Of a DNA stretch of 64,000 nucleotides, positions 1-10,192 are shown one piece after another. The translations under genes were made by a program, and so were the position numbers. Positions within the stretch are counted from its first letter, which is position 1; each line of letters opens with the position of its first letter. The stretch is from contig JAVBNP010000006.1 in the NCBI GenBank assembly GCA_031551455.1, positions 6,749 to 70,748 of the forward strand, read 5' to 3'. The DNA is from Bacteroidales bacterium (GTDB lineage Bacteria; Bacteroidota; Bacteroidia; Bacteroidales; UBA4181). The notes beneath the pieces are model-generated. The model searched no databases, was not told the DNA's origin, and worked only from the letters and a program-made list of their open reading frames with translations.

Positions 1-1112
1 TCAATCTTGACGTGGAAACCAAAAAAATACAAGCCGAAAGCGATATTCAAAATAATTCGGCCGAAACGCTTTCGCTGATGGTCCGAAACCCTGCCGTTTT
101 CGGATCGGATGTTAAGACCGTATCCGAATTGATCGGTCGTAAATTCGTGATATCTCGCGTTTGCCATGAGGACGGACATATTGAAATCGCTTCTTCCCAA
201 ACAATTCTCAACGAAGGCGACAAAGTGCTGGTGGTTACTTCGCCCGCCGAAGTAAAAGCAATTACGGCATTCATCGGGAAACCGATTGACATGAGTCCCG
301 CCGACTGGAAAAAATTGGACAGCGCTTTGGTGTCGCGGCGTATTCTGATAACCCGACCGGATATTAACGGCAAAACACTCGGACAAATGAAACTTCGCGC
401 GGCTTTCGGAATCAACATCACTCGGATCAATCGTTCGGGTATCGATTTGATTGCTCAGCCGGGATTACAATTGCAATTAGGTGATCGCGTGACGGTGGTC
501 GGAAGCGAACAAGCGATTGCCGCCGTCGAAAAGGTGTTGGGTAACAAGATGCAACGTCTTAACGAGCCCAATTTGATCCCGATTTTTATCGGTATCTTCT
601 TGGGAATACTGTTGGGCAGCATTCCGTTTGCTTTTCCCGGAATTCCGCAACCCGTAAAACTCGGTTTGGCAGGTGGTCCGCTGATTGTTGCCATTCTTGT
701 CAGTGTGTTCGGGCCTCGATTGAAATTAGTCACTTATACCACCATGAGCGCCAATTTGATGCTTCGCGAACTCGGCATTTGCTTGTTCTTGGCTTGCGTG
801 GGATTGGGCGCGGGCGAAAACTTTGTCAAAACAATCATCGAAGACGGCGGAGTGAAATGGATCGGCCTCGGTTTTATCATCACGGTATTACCCTTGATGA
901 TTATCGGAATTATCGGACGTGTCGCGTATAAAATGAATTATTACACATTGATGGGTTTGTTGGCGGGAAGCACCACCGACCCACCCGCTTTGGCGTATTC
1001 CGCCGCGGCTGCCGGTAACGATGCGCCTGCGGTAAGTTACGCCACAGTGTATCCGTTGACCATGTTTTTACGGGTACTATCGGCCCAACTGTTGATCCTT
1101 TTGTTTTGCTGA
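1..1112 (+). CDS. YidE/YbjL-type (AspT/AAE family) putative transporter, C-terminal part; 5' end lies upstream of the window
   Basis: The frame is open from nt 3 to the stop at 1110-1112; the track ORF start at 12 is an internal GTG. Two RCK_C/TrkA_C-like soluble segments (GDKVLVVTSPAEV, GDRVTVVGSEQAI) are followed by glycine-rich hydrophobic helices. Family assigned from motif recall only. Confidence 0.7.
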   Translation, partial: NLDVETKKIQAESDIQNNSAETLSLMVRNPAVFGSDVKTVSELIGRKFVISRVCHEDGHIEIASSQTILNEGDKVLVVTSPAEVKAITAFIGKPIDMSPADWKKLDSALVSRRILITRPDINGKTLGQMKLRAAFGINITRINRSGIDLIAQPGLQLQLGDRVTVVGSEQAIAAVEKVLGNKMQRLNEPNLIPIFIGIFLGILLGSIPFAFPGIPQPVKLGLAGGPLIVAILVSVFGPRLKLVTYTTMSANLMLRELGICLFLACVGLGAGENFVKTIIEDGGVKWIGLGFIITVLPLMIIGIIGRVAYKMNYYTLMGLLAGSTTDPPALAYSAAAAGNDAPAVSYATVYPLTMFLRVLSAQLLILLFC

Positions 1113-1124
1113 CGGAAAACTCAA

Positions 1125-2405
1125 TTACTTGTTTCCTCTCGCTTTCTCCAAAACCTTTGCAACGGCTTTCAATTGTTCCATTTGCGAAGGATTGATTTGT
1201 CCGTGGGCATTTACCTGTACGTCGAAACACATCACGCCTTCTTTTTCGAAAACTTTTTCGGCCCAATCAACAAGATCTTCCGTTTTGTGTTTCGTCCCCG
1301 GCCTTCCCCAATAGTCGCCTAAAAAGGTGAAATGAAACCATTGTATTCCCGGAGCAATCCACCGTCCGGAAGGTAATTCGTTGATGTCGTTTCGTTCACC
1401 GGCGGCGTAATCGTCGTAAGGCGAGTCGTATTGTATTGCGGCAACACCATAATTGTAACTGACAATGCTCTGCGGATTACCGGCTTTGGCCGCCAATGTA
1501 TGCGTGCTGATATTATGTTCCAAACTCATGTCCGAACGAGTTTGAATAATCCCTCCCCGATCCCGATACATACCGTCAAACCACCATCCCGAAAGATCCT
1601 TTCCGTAACGCAACGACCATTCTTTGATGACCGATTCCCAAAGAGCTTGAGTGTATTGTGACGTGGGAGAATCCTTTCCATACGTGTATTTGAACTTTTC
1701 GCAAACGGCTTCGTTACTGATGGGCGGATTACCGGGCAGATAAAACATGAACCGAATACCTTTCGCCTTCAATGCCTTAATCAAGTCGGCAGGCAGGTCG
1801 CGTTTGCTGCAAAGATCTCCCGGATTTACGCCCGTTATTTGATCATAAGCCGAGTTGGGAGAATTATAATACCCGTCATTCTGTCCGAGTGCCCAAAGGA
1901 CGTACTTTACGCCCGACGCTTCACATAAATCGGCAAACAAGTTGACATCAAATCCTTTGACAATCGCGTTCCACGCTTCCGAGCCGCCTTCTTTGATATA
2001 TACCCCTTTAAGATAATGCACCATCAAACCCAATCCCGCATCTTTAAACCAATCCGTATTCGGATTTCCCTTGTCGGCGATCGGTTTTTTGCTCACAATT
2101 TCCGCCGAAGGATAATCTTTTCCTGTCAAAGATGCTTTGATTTCGCATTTCAGATACTTCCCTGCATAATCGGTTAACAAAACGATTTCGGGCGTGTGAA
2201 TTCCCGGCAAAACCGTCCAATTATCGGAACCGGGATCGCCGATATACCATTGAAACGTTGTTTCTGTTCCGGGTACGGTATTAAATTTAACCCGCACGGT
2301 GTTTTTGGCATACAAGTCACCTTCAAATGAAAGATTGGTAACAACGGGGTTTTGACAAGAAACTGCAATTACCGAAAGAATGATATACAAACAAAGTTTT
2401 TTCAT
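1125..2405 (-). CDS. Lipoprotein with GH29 (alpha-L-fucosidase)-like catalytic-domain layout; putative glycoside hydrolase
   Basis: SpII-type signal (MKKLCLYIILSVIAVSC). An N-terminal beta-sandwich-like segment is followed by DWFKDAGLGLMVHYL ... SGVKYVLWALGQNDGYYNSPNS ... RDLPADLIKALKAKGIRFMFYLP. This mirrors the WF.AKFGIF.HW / AGAKY.V.T.KHHDGF / RD.V.EL...G layout of GH29. By-eye similarity only. Confidence 0.45.
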   Translation of the reverse strand: MKKLCLYIILSVIAVSCQNPVVTNLSFEGDLYAKNTVRVKFNTVPGTETTFQWYIGDPGSDNWTVLPGIHTPEIVLLTDYAGKYLKCEIKASLTGKDYPSAEIVSKKPIADKGNPNTDWFKDAGLGLMVHYLKGVYIKEGGSEAWNAIVKGFDVNLFADLCEASGVKYVLWALGQNDGYYNSPNSAYDQITGVNPGDLCSKRDLPADLIKALKAKGIRFMFYLPGNPPISNEAVCEKFKYTYGKDSPTSQYTQALWESVIKEWSLRYGKDLSGWWFDGMYRDRGGIIQTRSDMSLEHNISTHTLAAKAGNPQSIVSYNYGVAAIQYDSPYDDYAAGERNDINELPSGRWIAPGIQWFHFTFLGDYWGRPGTKHKTEDLVDWAEKVFEKEGVMCFDVQVNAHGQINPSQMEQLKAVAKVLEKARGNK

Positions 2406-2484
2406 AACGTATGAAGTATTAAAATATTAAAATAACAAATTTATAATCAACTGTTTATTTGATTAATTTATCGCGAATATTTCA

Positions 2485-3765
2485 TTACTTTTCCGACTTC
2501 AAAAGGTTACCGGATAACATGATTTTTCCCAAGTATATATTTCTTTTCGGCAAATCTTTGCGAATGTCGTCTGACAATTCCGCTGCCGGCGGATCGGTTT
2601 GTTTGTCGAAAGGAGTGGGATCAACCGTCAATGTTACCGTATGTTCTCCGTCTTCGAGTTCGGGCAACCAAAAATAGTGATAACGGTAATACGTGCAATA
2701 TTTGTCGAAACGACGAATCGGTATCGGGGATTGATTGTCAATGCGTACGATAACACTACCCGTTCCGGGACCGATCACATCAAAAAAACCGATGCGCGTA
2801 CCTTTGAAACGGACGGTTATTTGATCATCGGCTCCGGTTCCGCAAAAAAGTTCCGGTAATTCGGCTTTGAAACGATCGTATATTTCGTTGCCGGTGCCAA
2901 GTTGCTGCCAATTACCCGACATCTTTGCTTTCGTTACGGAATACCATCCGTATTTTTCGTAATTGTTTGGACTCAACGGTTTTCCCGGTTTTTTCCGAAC
3001 GTGTTGTTTCATTCCCGACATGATGTCAAACGCGTCCGTTAGCGCTTGCGTGTATATCTCATGTCCTTCTCGCGTGGGATGTACTCCATCGTATGAAAAA
3101 ATAATCTTATCGCCGTAATCCTTGCCCTTTTCTCCTTTTACGATCGTTTTTCCGGCAGCAACCGATTTTGCCAACGCAAAATCCAACGCGATGGAAGGTA
3201 TCTTATAATAATCCGCCACTCGTTCCATGACGCGCGCCGAATACCAATGTCGGCCTTGCAGGTTGGTTGCCGTCATCCTATCGGTGGCGGTGTACAAGAA
3301 ACAAATATCGGTTTTGGAATTTCGGTCCAGAATTTGACGCACAATCCCTTCCATGGCATCAATGATTTTTACGGAATCAATGCCGTCATCGTTCACGGCA
3401 TATTCCACGAACACCAAATCGGGCTGGTGTGATAAAACATCATCTTCCGTGCGTACCGCACCGAGATCGGAACATGTACCGCCGATGGCAGCATTTATCA
3501 TGGTAAAAGGAACACCGGGATACATTTCCCGAAACCGTTTTTCGGTCTGCACCCGATAACCGTATCCCGCATTGGTGATGCTTCCGCCGAAATAAACGAC
3601 GGTTACGGGCTTTTTCTCTTTAACTTTGGTAAAGAAATTCGGTAATCCGTCGCGTACGGTCAATGTATTTTCGGGAACGGATTGTGCCAATGAAGTTATC
3701 GAGAAACAGCCGATCAACAAACATGTCGATAATGCGGCAATAATGCAAATATTAATTTTTTTCAT
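2485..3765 (-). CDS. SGNH/GDSL-family hydrolase (putative carbohydrate esterase) with C-terminal beta-rich domain
   Basis: Start moved to the internal MKKINICIIAALSTCLLIGC signal peptide; ATG complement at 3763-3765. Block I VVYFGGSITNAGYG, block III AIGGT and block V-like DGVHPT are present, plus FVEYAVNDD. Confidence 0.7.
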   Translation of the reverse strand: MKKINICIIAALSTCLLIGCFSITSLAQSVPENTLTVRDGLPNFFTKVKEKKPVTVVYFGGSITNAGYGYRVQTEKRFREMYPGVPFTMINAAIGGTCSDLGAVRTEDDVLSHQPDLVFVEYAVNDDGIDSVKIIDAMEGIVRQILDRNSKTDICFLYTATDRMTATNLQGRHWYSARVMERVADYYKIPSIALDFALAKSVAAGKTIVKGEKGKDYGDKIIFSYDGVHPTREGHEIYTQALTDAFDIMSGMKQHVRKKPGKPLSPNNYEKYGWYSVTKAKMSGNWQQLGTGNEIYDRFKAELPELFCGTGADDQITVRFKGTRIGFFDVIGPGTGSVIVRIDNQSPIPIRRFDKYCTYYRYHYFWLPELEDGEHTVTLTVDPTPFDKQTDPPAAELSDDIRKDLPKRNIYLGKIMLSGNLLKSEK

Positions 3766-3937
3766 AATCGAATAAATCCGTCGTACTATTATAACGTTTA
3801 AAGGATTTGTAAAAACGGAAAATACCTTGATGTACAATATTTCAAAAGATATCGATTATCGCAATATTTGCCGTTCATGTAAAATTCGAAATCGATTTCA
3901 TCCCGGCGAAATCGATTTCGAAAATCCGAAGCCGTTG

Positions 3938-5257
3938 TCAGAACTTGAAATACTTTTCTCTGATGGGGATATTCAATAGAGCCGAAGCCGCGTTGTCGCC
4001 GATGAAGTCTTCCTTAACGGGGTCCCAGCTTAATTTCGATCCGATTTTTACCGCAATCAAACCCAGTTGACACATGGATATGGTACGATGTGCGGTTTCG
4101 AGCGGTTCTGCCGATTGTCTTTTTTCTTTGATTGCCAAAAGGAAATCGTCCTTATCGCTCAAATCGGATTTGAATGATTTTTCGTTACTCCCCAAAGGAG
4201 TACTTAATATCGCGTCGGACGAAGCCGAAAGTTTGTCGGGATATTCTATTTCCACCCAGCCGTTCGTGCCTTCAAAACGCACATAAGGACGTTCTATTTT
4301 GAAAAATACTTCCACGCCGTCGGCAAATTTGTAACGAATGTCAAAACGATTCATCGTATTCCACAAACCTTTGTCGAAATCGCCGTTTCCTTCTATTTCT
4401 ATAGGGCCCGTGTACTCGCTGTTATTTCCCCATTGCACGATTCCGACCAAATGAGCTCCCCAGTTGGAAATCATACCATTGCAATAATCGCTCACGCGCA
4501 TCCAACCCGGACGGCCGTATTTTTTTTGCGCATGTACGCGTTTTTCGGTGTAAGGCGCTTCCCAAGCAGGTCCCAACCAAAAATCATAATTCAACTCTTT
4601 GGGAACGGGCATCGTGAGTTGCGGCGGCAGCGGATCGCCGTTCAGTTCGGGAGGAACGGCAACATAAATTCTTTGTATTTTTCCGATACGACCGTTACGA
4701 ATGACCTCGACGAATTGCTGCATCGCCGGGATCGTACGGAATTCGCTGTCGTTTCGCGTAATTACTTTCGATTTTTTGACTGCTTCCACCAATTTGCGGC
4801 CGTGCTCGATGCAGGTCGAAATAGGTTTTTCCAACGAGACGTGTTTTCCCGCGCGAACGGCGTCAATGGCCATCGGCACATGCCAATGGTCGGGCAACGA
4901 CAACATGACGGCATCGATGCTTTTATCCTGCAACAATTTCCGATAGTCGGTGTATGCTTTGCAACCCTTATACGTTTTGCCCGATTCTTCGGTATAAAAA
5001 TCATTTACTTGTTTTTGGGCGGCGTCCAATCTCCAAGTATCGATATCGCAAACGGCAACCACTTGCCCGTGCGGCGACTTCAACAATTGAGGAATATTCG
5101 GATTGACCATTTGACGACCGCATCCGATGCAGGCAACCGTAATCCGATTACTCGGCGCCGTTTTACCGAAAACCGTTGAGGGAACAACCGTCGGCATTAA
5201 AAAAGTTCCCGCGGCAAGCGCAGCGCTTTTTTTCAAAAATTCTCTTCGTTCATTCAT
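3938..5257 (-). CDS. Tat-exported Gfo/Idh/MocA-family NAD(P)-dependent oxidoreductase (glycoside 3-dehydrogenase-like or GH109-like)
   Basis: Start set at MNERREFLKKSAALAAGTF, which carries a twin-arginine RREFLK motif. Rossmann start ITVACIGCGRQ. The DAVMLSLPDHWH and EKP motifs are typical of Gfo/Idh/MocA. Confidence 0.8.
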   Translation of the reverse strand: MNERREFLKKSAALAAGTFLMPTVVPSTVFGKTAPSNRITVACIGCGRQMVNPNIPQLLKSPHGQVVAVCDIDTWRLDAAQKQVNDFYTEESGKTYKGCKAYTDYRKLLQDKSIDAVMLSLPDHWHVPMAIDAVRAGKHVSLEKPISTCIEHGRKLVEAVKKSKVITRNDSEFRTIPAMQQFVEVIRNGRIGKIQRIYVAVPPELNGDPLPPQLTMPVPKELNYDFWLGPAWEAPYTEKRVHAQKKYGRPGWMRVSDYCNGMISNWGAHLVGIVQWGNNSEYTGPIEIEGNGDFDKGLWNTMNRFDIRYKFADGVEVFFKIERPYVRFEGTNGWVEIEYPDKLSASSDAILSTPLGSNEKSFKSDLSDKDDFLLAIKEKRQSAEPLETAHRTISMCQLGLIAVKIGSKLSWDPVKEDFIGDNAASALLNIPIREKYFKF

Positions 5258-5326
5258 GATATTATGTTTTGTATTATTCGATAAAATTCCCTTTCCTTTG
5301 TTTTCCCGAAGCCGGTTCAACAACAC

Positions 5327-5372
5327 GACTCCCCCTCTCCATGTGGGAGAAGGGGTCGGGGGGAGAGGCGCT
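5327..5372. repeat. G/C-rich REP-like hairpin between two co-directional genes
   Basis: gactccccctctcc-atgtg-ggagaaggggtcggggggagagg. CCCCTCTCC pairs with GGAGAAGGGG (one bulge), or alternatively CTCCCCC with GGGGGAG. Confidence 0.4.
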
Positions 5373-5375
5373 CAT

Positions 5376-6539
5376 TTACGCATATTCATTCCAAGTTTCC
5401 CACATGGCCCAGAAATTTTCGGGCGGAACATCTTCTTGCACATTATGTACAGGCGCAAAAACAAAACCGCCGCCCGGCGCCATGATGTCGATGATGCGTC
5501 GCACCTCGTCGCGTACCTGTTCCGGTGTACCGTTATTCAATGTCGATTGCGTATCCACGCCGCCGCCCCAGAATGTGATATCTTTTCCGAAATCTTTCTT
5601 CAAACCTTTCAATTCCATATTTTTGGCGGTAAACTGCACCGGATTCAGAATATCCACGCCGGCATCTATCAAATCGGGAATAATGGGACGAATGGAACCG
5701 CAGCAATGCAGGAACACTTTTGCATGCGGCAACCTTTTTTTCACGTGCGTGAATAATGTTTTCATACGCGGAATGACGGTTGCACGAAGCAGATCCGGTT
5801 CCAAAATGGTTGCATCCTGCGAACCCAAATCATCGCATTCCGATATTACTTGTATTTTATGTTCGTTTCCCGTTTTTTTCGCCCAATCGATAATGGCGTC
5901 CCAATAATTGATTTTGTCTTCGAGAATAATATCGAATAAAGCATCCACGCCTTCGGGATCGATCATCGTGTCCAAAAACCAATTTTCATAACCGCGGATA
6001 CGTAACGAATTTTCGGTAAATCCTGCCGTATTGCGGTCGGCAATGCAACAAGAATCGCCTACTTGAAGCACTTGCCAATCCATGCATTTCTCCAAATCCG
6101 CAATGTACGACTTCCAATCGGGTCGCGGCAACTTATGTAAATTACCCGAGATGGTTTCACAACCATCCAACGGCGAACCCACCAAGTTGAAATAAATATC
6201 TTTCCCTTCCTGATACGTCCATTTGCAACCGTAAAAATCGTACACGGTGGTGATGTTCCCCTCGACGATTTTATTCTTGTCGTATTCGAGTATGCGCGTG
6301 GCGCCGATACGACGTGTGTCCGATTTCAACTTCACCAGATTCTCTTCGATCGGGGTGATGATTTGTTGTATCGGATCGACCATTTCGGGATTGTAATCGA
6401 TAGACAATCCTTTGAATTTCATCGCTTTTTGGTAAGCATTTTTAGTGATGGCCGTCACCGTGGTACCCGAAAGATCGTAAGGAACTCTGTCCGGTTCCTC
6501 ATGATTCAGGGCTTTTGCAATTCTTTCTTTTCCGTTCAT
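5376..6539 (-). CDS. Uroporphyrinogen-decarboxylase (URO-D) fold protein, MtaA/CmuA-like methyltransferase family, divergent member (not HemE)
   Basis: 387 aa. N-terminus KERIAKALNHEEPDRVPYDL. LHCCGSI motif and C-terminal GGGFVFAPVHNVQ. It lacks the HemE PVW.MRQAGR signature. Confidence 0.65.
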   Translation of the reverse strand: MNGKERIAKALNHEEPDRVPYDLSGTTVTAITKNAYQKAMKFKGLSIDYNPEMVDPIQQIITPIEENLVKLKSDTRRIGATRILEYDKNKIVEGNITTVYDFYGCKWTYQEGKDIYFNLVGSPLDGCETISGNLHKLPRPDWKSYIADLEKCMDWQVLQVGDSCCIADRNTAGFTENSLRIRGYENWFLDTMIDPEGVDALFDIILEDKINYWDAIIDWAKKTGNEHKIQVISECDDLGSQDATILEPDLLRATVIPRMKTLFTHVKKRLPHAKVFLHCCGSIRPIIPDLIDAGVDILNPVQFTAKNMELKGLKKDFGKDITFWGGGVDTQSTLNNGTPEQVRDEVRRIIDIMAPGGGFVFAPVHNVQEDVPPENFWAMWETWNEYA

Positions 6540-6594
6540 GATATATTTATATTTTGATGATGATGTGTTTCTTAATTATCGAATAAAAAATCGT

Positions 6595-7851
6595 TTATAT
6601 TTTGATTGGTTTGATCTTCGGAAGCAACAATTGTATAACGGTTAAGGCTATGAAATAACCGAAAGCCGCTACCGTAAAAGGTATGATGTAGCCGTCCGTA
6701 CCCGATCCTTGTAAAGCTGCGCCGATCAACAACGGGGCTATGAACCCGCCGACCGCTCCCGCAAATCCGCCCAATCCGGAAACGGATGCTGTAACTTTTT
6801 TCGGAAATACGTCGCTCATCAAGCTGAAAATATTGGCCGACCAACCGCAGTGTCCGCCTGCCGCAACGGCAATCAAGGCAACCGCGGTCCATACGCCTTC
6901 CGCGTGCGGAACGTACATTACGGGAAGAGCACATATCGCGCAAGCCAACATGCTCAATTTACGTCCTCTGTTCAAGTTATTCCCTTGTTTCAACAGCTTG
7001 GACGACAACCATCCCAAAAGAATTCCGCCACCCCACGATACCGAGTATACAGTAAAAAAAGGCAATCCTATTTGCGTTAGTTCCAACCCAAATTTGGCTT
7101 TTAGGAATTTTGCGCCCCAGAACAGATAAAACCACCAAATGGGATCGGCCATGAATTTTCCGACGAGAATGGCCCACGTGGCACGATAACTTAACAGTTT
7201 TGAGTAAGCAACCTTTTCCGTCGTCGATTCTTCCTTGTCGCTTAAAATGTAATCCAATTCGGCTTGGTTTACTTTTTTGCTTTGTTCGGGCACGGAATAA
7301 AATTTCCACCAAAGAATGATCCAGATGATTGCGATCGGAAAAGTCCAAACGAATGCAACACGCCAAGTCCCGAACGTCGCTACCAACAAAGGGATGATCA
7401 GCGGGGCCGTCATGCTGCCGACATTAGCGCCGCCGTTGAAAATACTCACCGCAAGCGCCCGTTCTTTTTTCGGAAACCATTGGGCTACCGTTTTATTTGC
7501 CGCGGGAAAACTGCCCGATTGTCCGATGGAAAGAGCAAACCGACTTACCGCCATTCCGATCCATGACGAAACCAGAGCATGCGCCAGTTGTGCAATACTC
7601 CATAACCCCATCGAAACGGCGTAACCTTTTTTCGTTCCCATACGGTCGACGATCCGACCCATGATGAGGAAACAGATGGCATAACCGATCATAAAAGCGG
7701 AAGTGACATATCCGTATTGTTTTTCCGTCCATTCTATCGGCAGGTACGGCGCCATGATCCCCAAAGCGCCACGGTCAATGTACAGCAATGTGGTGGCTAT
7801 GAATAGTAAGGAGAGGATGAACCACCTGATTTTGGTTTTCTTTTGTTCCAT
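6595..7851 (-). CDS. MFS transporter, ACS/ExuT (hexuronate or sugar-acid)-like
   Basis: 418 aa with about 12 hydrophobic helices. The N-terminal RWFILSLLFIATTLLYIDRGALGIMAP pattern resembles anion:cation symporter family members. Confidence 0.75.
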   Translation of the reverse strand: MEQKKTKIRWFILSLLFIATTLLYIDRGALGIMAPYLPIEWTEKQYGYVTSAFMIGYAICFLIMGRIVDRMGTKKGYAVSMGLWSIAQLAHALVSSWIGMAVSRFALSIGQSGSFPAANKTVAQWFPKKERALAVSIFNGGANVGSMTAPLIIPLLVATFGTWRVAFVWTFPIAIIWIILWWKFYSVPEQSKKVNQAELDYILSDKEESTTEKVAYSKLLSYRATWAILVGKFMADPIWWFYLFWGAKFLKAKFGLELTQIGLPFFTVYSVSWGGGILLGWLSSKLLKQGNNLNRGRKLSMLACAICALPVMYVPHAEGVWTAVALIAVAAGGHCGWSANIFSLMSDVFPKKVTASVSGLGGFAGAVGGFIAPLLIGAALQGSGTDGYIIPFTVAAFGYFIALTVIQLLLPKIKPIKI

Positions 7852-7975
7852 TATTGGTTGTTTTTATGATTTTGTCGTATTAATAAATAACGATTAAAGG
7901 ATTAGTATTTATTATTGATGATGCATAAAACAGACTGTTTATTCCTAATTTAAAAGAACATCGATCGGGTATTCG

Positions 7976-8830
7976 TTATTTCAAAGCTGTAACAACGCCT
8001 TTAAAATAACCCGCCGATTCGGCCACGATTCTCACCGTATCTTCTTTATTTTCGGTACCCGTTTCCATGCTGCATGCTCCGGCGTAACCTATTTTTTTCA
8101 AGGTACGTACCAGCAGCGGAATATCGATAACTCCTCGTCCGATAATGCAAATTTTTTCGCTTTTCCCGGCGCCCGTAGCATCGTTCAAATGCATATCGAA
8201 CAAACGGTCGTGATAATTTTCAATGTCAGCAATCGGATTAAGTCCGTCACGTACGGTATGTCCGATATCCAGGCATAAACCGATGCGCGGATCGAGGTCT
8301 TTGATATATTTCATCACGTCGGTAGCATTGGGGTATAAATCTATGTCGGGTCCGTGGTTATGGATAGCATACCGGAAATCGTATTCCTTAACCTTTTTTT
8401 CCACATACGGCAACATTTCATGATTCGGAACGCCCACGATCAGTTTTACCCCAACTCGACGGGCATAATCGAAAGCGGCATCCGTTTCGGCTTCCGTTTT
8501 CATGTAGATGGGACCGGCCGCATAACCCGTGACGTTTTTGGCGGCAAGTTTGGCTTTAAAAGCGGCTATTTCTTCATCGGTACTTGTCATTGGCAAGTGA
8601 AAATCTTTGATGCACAAATAATGCAAGTCCAATTGCTGCAGAACTTCCAACGTTTCGTCGATGTCGAATTTTGCAAACGTATATCCGGCAACGGACAAAT
8701 TAAACTTTGCATCCGGATCTTTTTGCGGGGCGGAGTTGGTACATGAATTTTGCCCCACAAGAAGCGGAACGGCACTTGCGGCGAGCAATCCCGCGCCGGC
8801 TTTTTTTACGAAATTTCTTCTCGTGGTCAT
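7976..8830 (-). CDS. Tat-exported sugar-phosphate isomerase/epimerase (xylose isomerase-like TIM barrel) family protein
   Basis: MTTRRNFVKKAGAGLLAASAV carries an RRNFVK twin-arginine motif. The AIHNHG and CLDIGH metal-site-like motifs are characteristic of AP_endonuc_2 TIM barrels. Confidence 0.8.
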   Translation of the reverse strand: MTTRRNFVKKAGAGLLAASAVPLLVGQNSCTNSAPQKDPDAKFNLSVAGYTFAKFDIDETLEVLQQLDLHYLCIKDFHLPMTSTDEEIAAFKAKLAAKNVTGYAAGPIYMKTEAETDAAFDYARRVGVKLIVGVPNHEMLPYVEKKVKEYDFRYAIHNHGPDIDLYPNATDVMKYIKDLDPRIGLCLDIGHTVRDGLNPIADIENYHDRLFDMHLNDATGAGKSEKICIIGRGVIDIPLLVRTLKKIGYAGACSMETGTENKEDTVRIVAESAGYFKGVVTALK

Positions 8831-8851
8831 TTTAATAGTGTTTTGATATGG

Positions 8852-10039
8852 TTATCGATAAGCTTTTTTCATGATTTGAACCGTTTCGTCGAACGAAAGC
8901 GTATAACGGTCGCGCGCAAAAAGTTTTCCCATGGTATCGTATGCTTTTTGGGCTAACGAGGGGATGTCTTCCACGCGGATGCCGTAATCGGACATTTTCA
9001 AATCGTCGACGCTACAAGAACGACGCAACTTTGCCAATGCGGTCACGAAAAGTTCTCCCCGTTTTTCGGGTGCCGTGTTTTCCGTATCTTCTCCCATAGC
9101 CTTTGCGAGATCGCCGAGCAATTCCGGAATTTTATCGGCAAAGAACGAGAAAAACGAATCGGACAACATGATCAGTCCCGCGCCGTGCGGCAAATCGGGG
9201 CTTACCGCACTCAACGCATGTTCCATGGAGTGATGGGAGGTGGTGGAAGAAATCGATTCCACCAAACCCGAAAGCGTATTGGCAAAAGCTACTTGCGTGC
9301 GGGCTTCCAAGTCGTTGCCGTTCGTTACCGCGCACGGTAAATATTTTGTTACCAATTCCGCACTCTTCAAGGCATACAAATTACTGATGGGGGTCGCGGC
9401 ATTGGAAATATAACCTTCAACGGCATGAAACAATGCATCGAAACCCTGATAGGCAGTGAGTTTCGAGGGAACCGAAAGCATTAATTCGGGATCAACGATC
9501 GACAAGGTCGGGAAGGTATCCGGACGACCCAAGCCGATTTTTTCGTTGGTGTCTTCTCTGGTAATCACCGTCCACGGATCGGCTTCGGTACCGGTGCCGG
9601 CGGTTGTGGTAATGGCTATGATCGGCAAGGCTTTGTTCGGAGCGGTTTTCTTTCCGCCACTGCCCGCCGCGATATAATCCCAATAATCACCCGGATTGTG
9701 AACCATCAAAGCGATGCTTTTGGCCGAATCGATCGAGCTGCCTCCTCCGAGGCCGATCACGAAATCGCAGTTTTCTTTGCGCGCCAGTTCGGCGCCTTCG
9801 GCAACGTGCGGCAATATCGGATTTGCCAGTATTTTATCGAAAACGACGGCTTCAGTTTGGTTGTTTTCTTTCAACAACGCCAGTACTCGATCCAAATAAC
9901 CGTTCGCTTTCATGGATTTTCCGGCCGATGTAACCACAAGGGCCTTTTTTCCGGGTAAAGGAATTTTACCTAATTCGTTCAATTTCCCGGGACCGAACAA
10001 AATTTTCGTCGGGATGAAATAAGTAAACTCGTTGTTCAT
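8852..10039 (-). CDS. Iron-containing (group III) alcohol dehydrogenase, FucO/lactaldehyde-reductase-like
   Basis: Start set at MNNEFTYFIPTKILFGPGKL; ATG complement at 10037-10039. GLGGGSSIDSAKSIA glycine-rich NAD motif and conserved His-rich metal region (HHSMEHALS). Confidence 0.85.
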   Translation of the reverse strand: MNNEFTYFIPTKILFGPGKLNELGKIPLPGKKALVVTSAGKSMKANGYLDRVLALLKENNQTEAVVFDKILANPILPHVAEGAELARKENCDFVIGLGGGSSIDSAKSIALMVHNPGDYWDYIAAGSGGKKTAPNKALPIIAITTTAGTGTEADPWTVITREDTNEKIGLGRPDTFPTLSIVDPELMLSVPSKLTAYQGFDALFHAVEGYISNAATPISNLYALKSAELVTKYLPCAVTNGNDLEARTQVAFANTLSGLVESISSTTSHHSMEHALSAVSPDLPHGAGLIMLSDSFFSFFADKIPELLGDLAKAMGEDTENTAPEKRGELFVTALAKLRRSCSVDDLKMSDYGIRVEDIPSLAQKAYDTMGKLFARDRYTLSFDETVQIMKKAYR

Positions 10040-10192
10040 GGTGATAAAATTTTTATTACGCGTTACCGTGCTTTTCGTTGTTATACGCAACTTGACGACA
10101 TACGGTCGTCGAAAAAGCGAACCATCCGTCGGAATATGCTTGCGACATACGCCGACGGATGCGGTTCGAAACAAAATCGGATTTCCGAAATA

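Noticed and set aside
4433-5907. Long plus-strand ORFs (4433..5179, 5127..5756, 5269..5907; 209-248 aa) overlapping the minus-strand oxidoreductase and URO-D-like genes
   Set aside because: They lie antisense to genes with strong family motifs. Their translations are low-complexity (R, F, H and G-rich) with no recognisable domain. They are typical shadow ORFs in moderately GC-rich coding sequence. The same reasoning applies to 33689..34363 (-), 39974..40711 (+), 44337..44960 (-), 44991..45593 (-), 45635..46267 (-), 62306..62824 (+) and similar ORFs.
8852-10174. N-terminal extensions suggested by the ORF track for several genes (8852..10174, 3938..5326, 2485..3837, 11926..12723, 17717..19102, 20410..22938, 47519..56383)
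   Set aside because: In each case an internal Met starts a canonical N-terminus: a signal peptide, lipobox or Tat motif, or the conserved first beta-strand of the Fe-ADH. The upstream residues look non-coding. The starts were trimmed accordingly. The start at 20500 remains uncertain.
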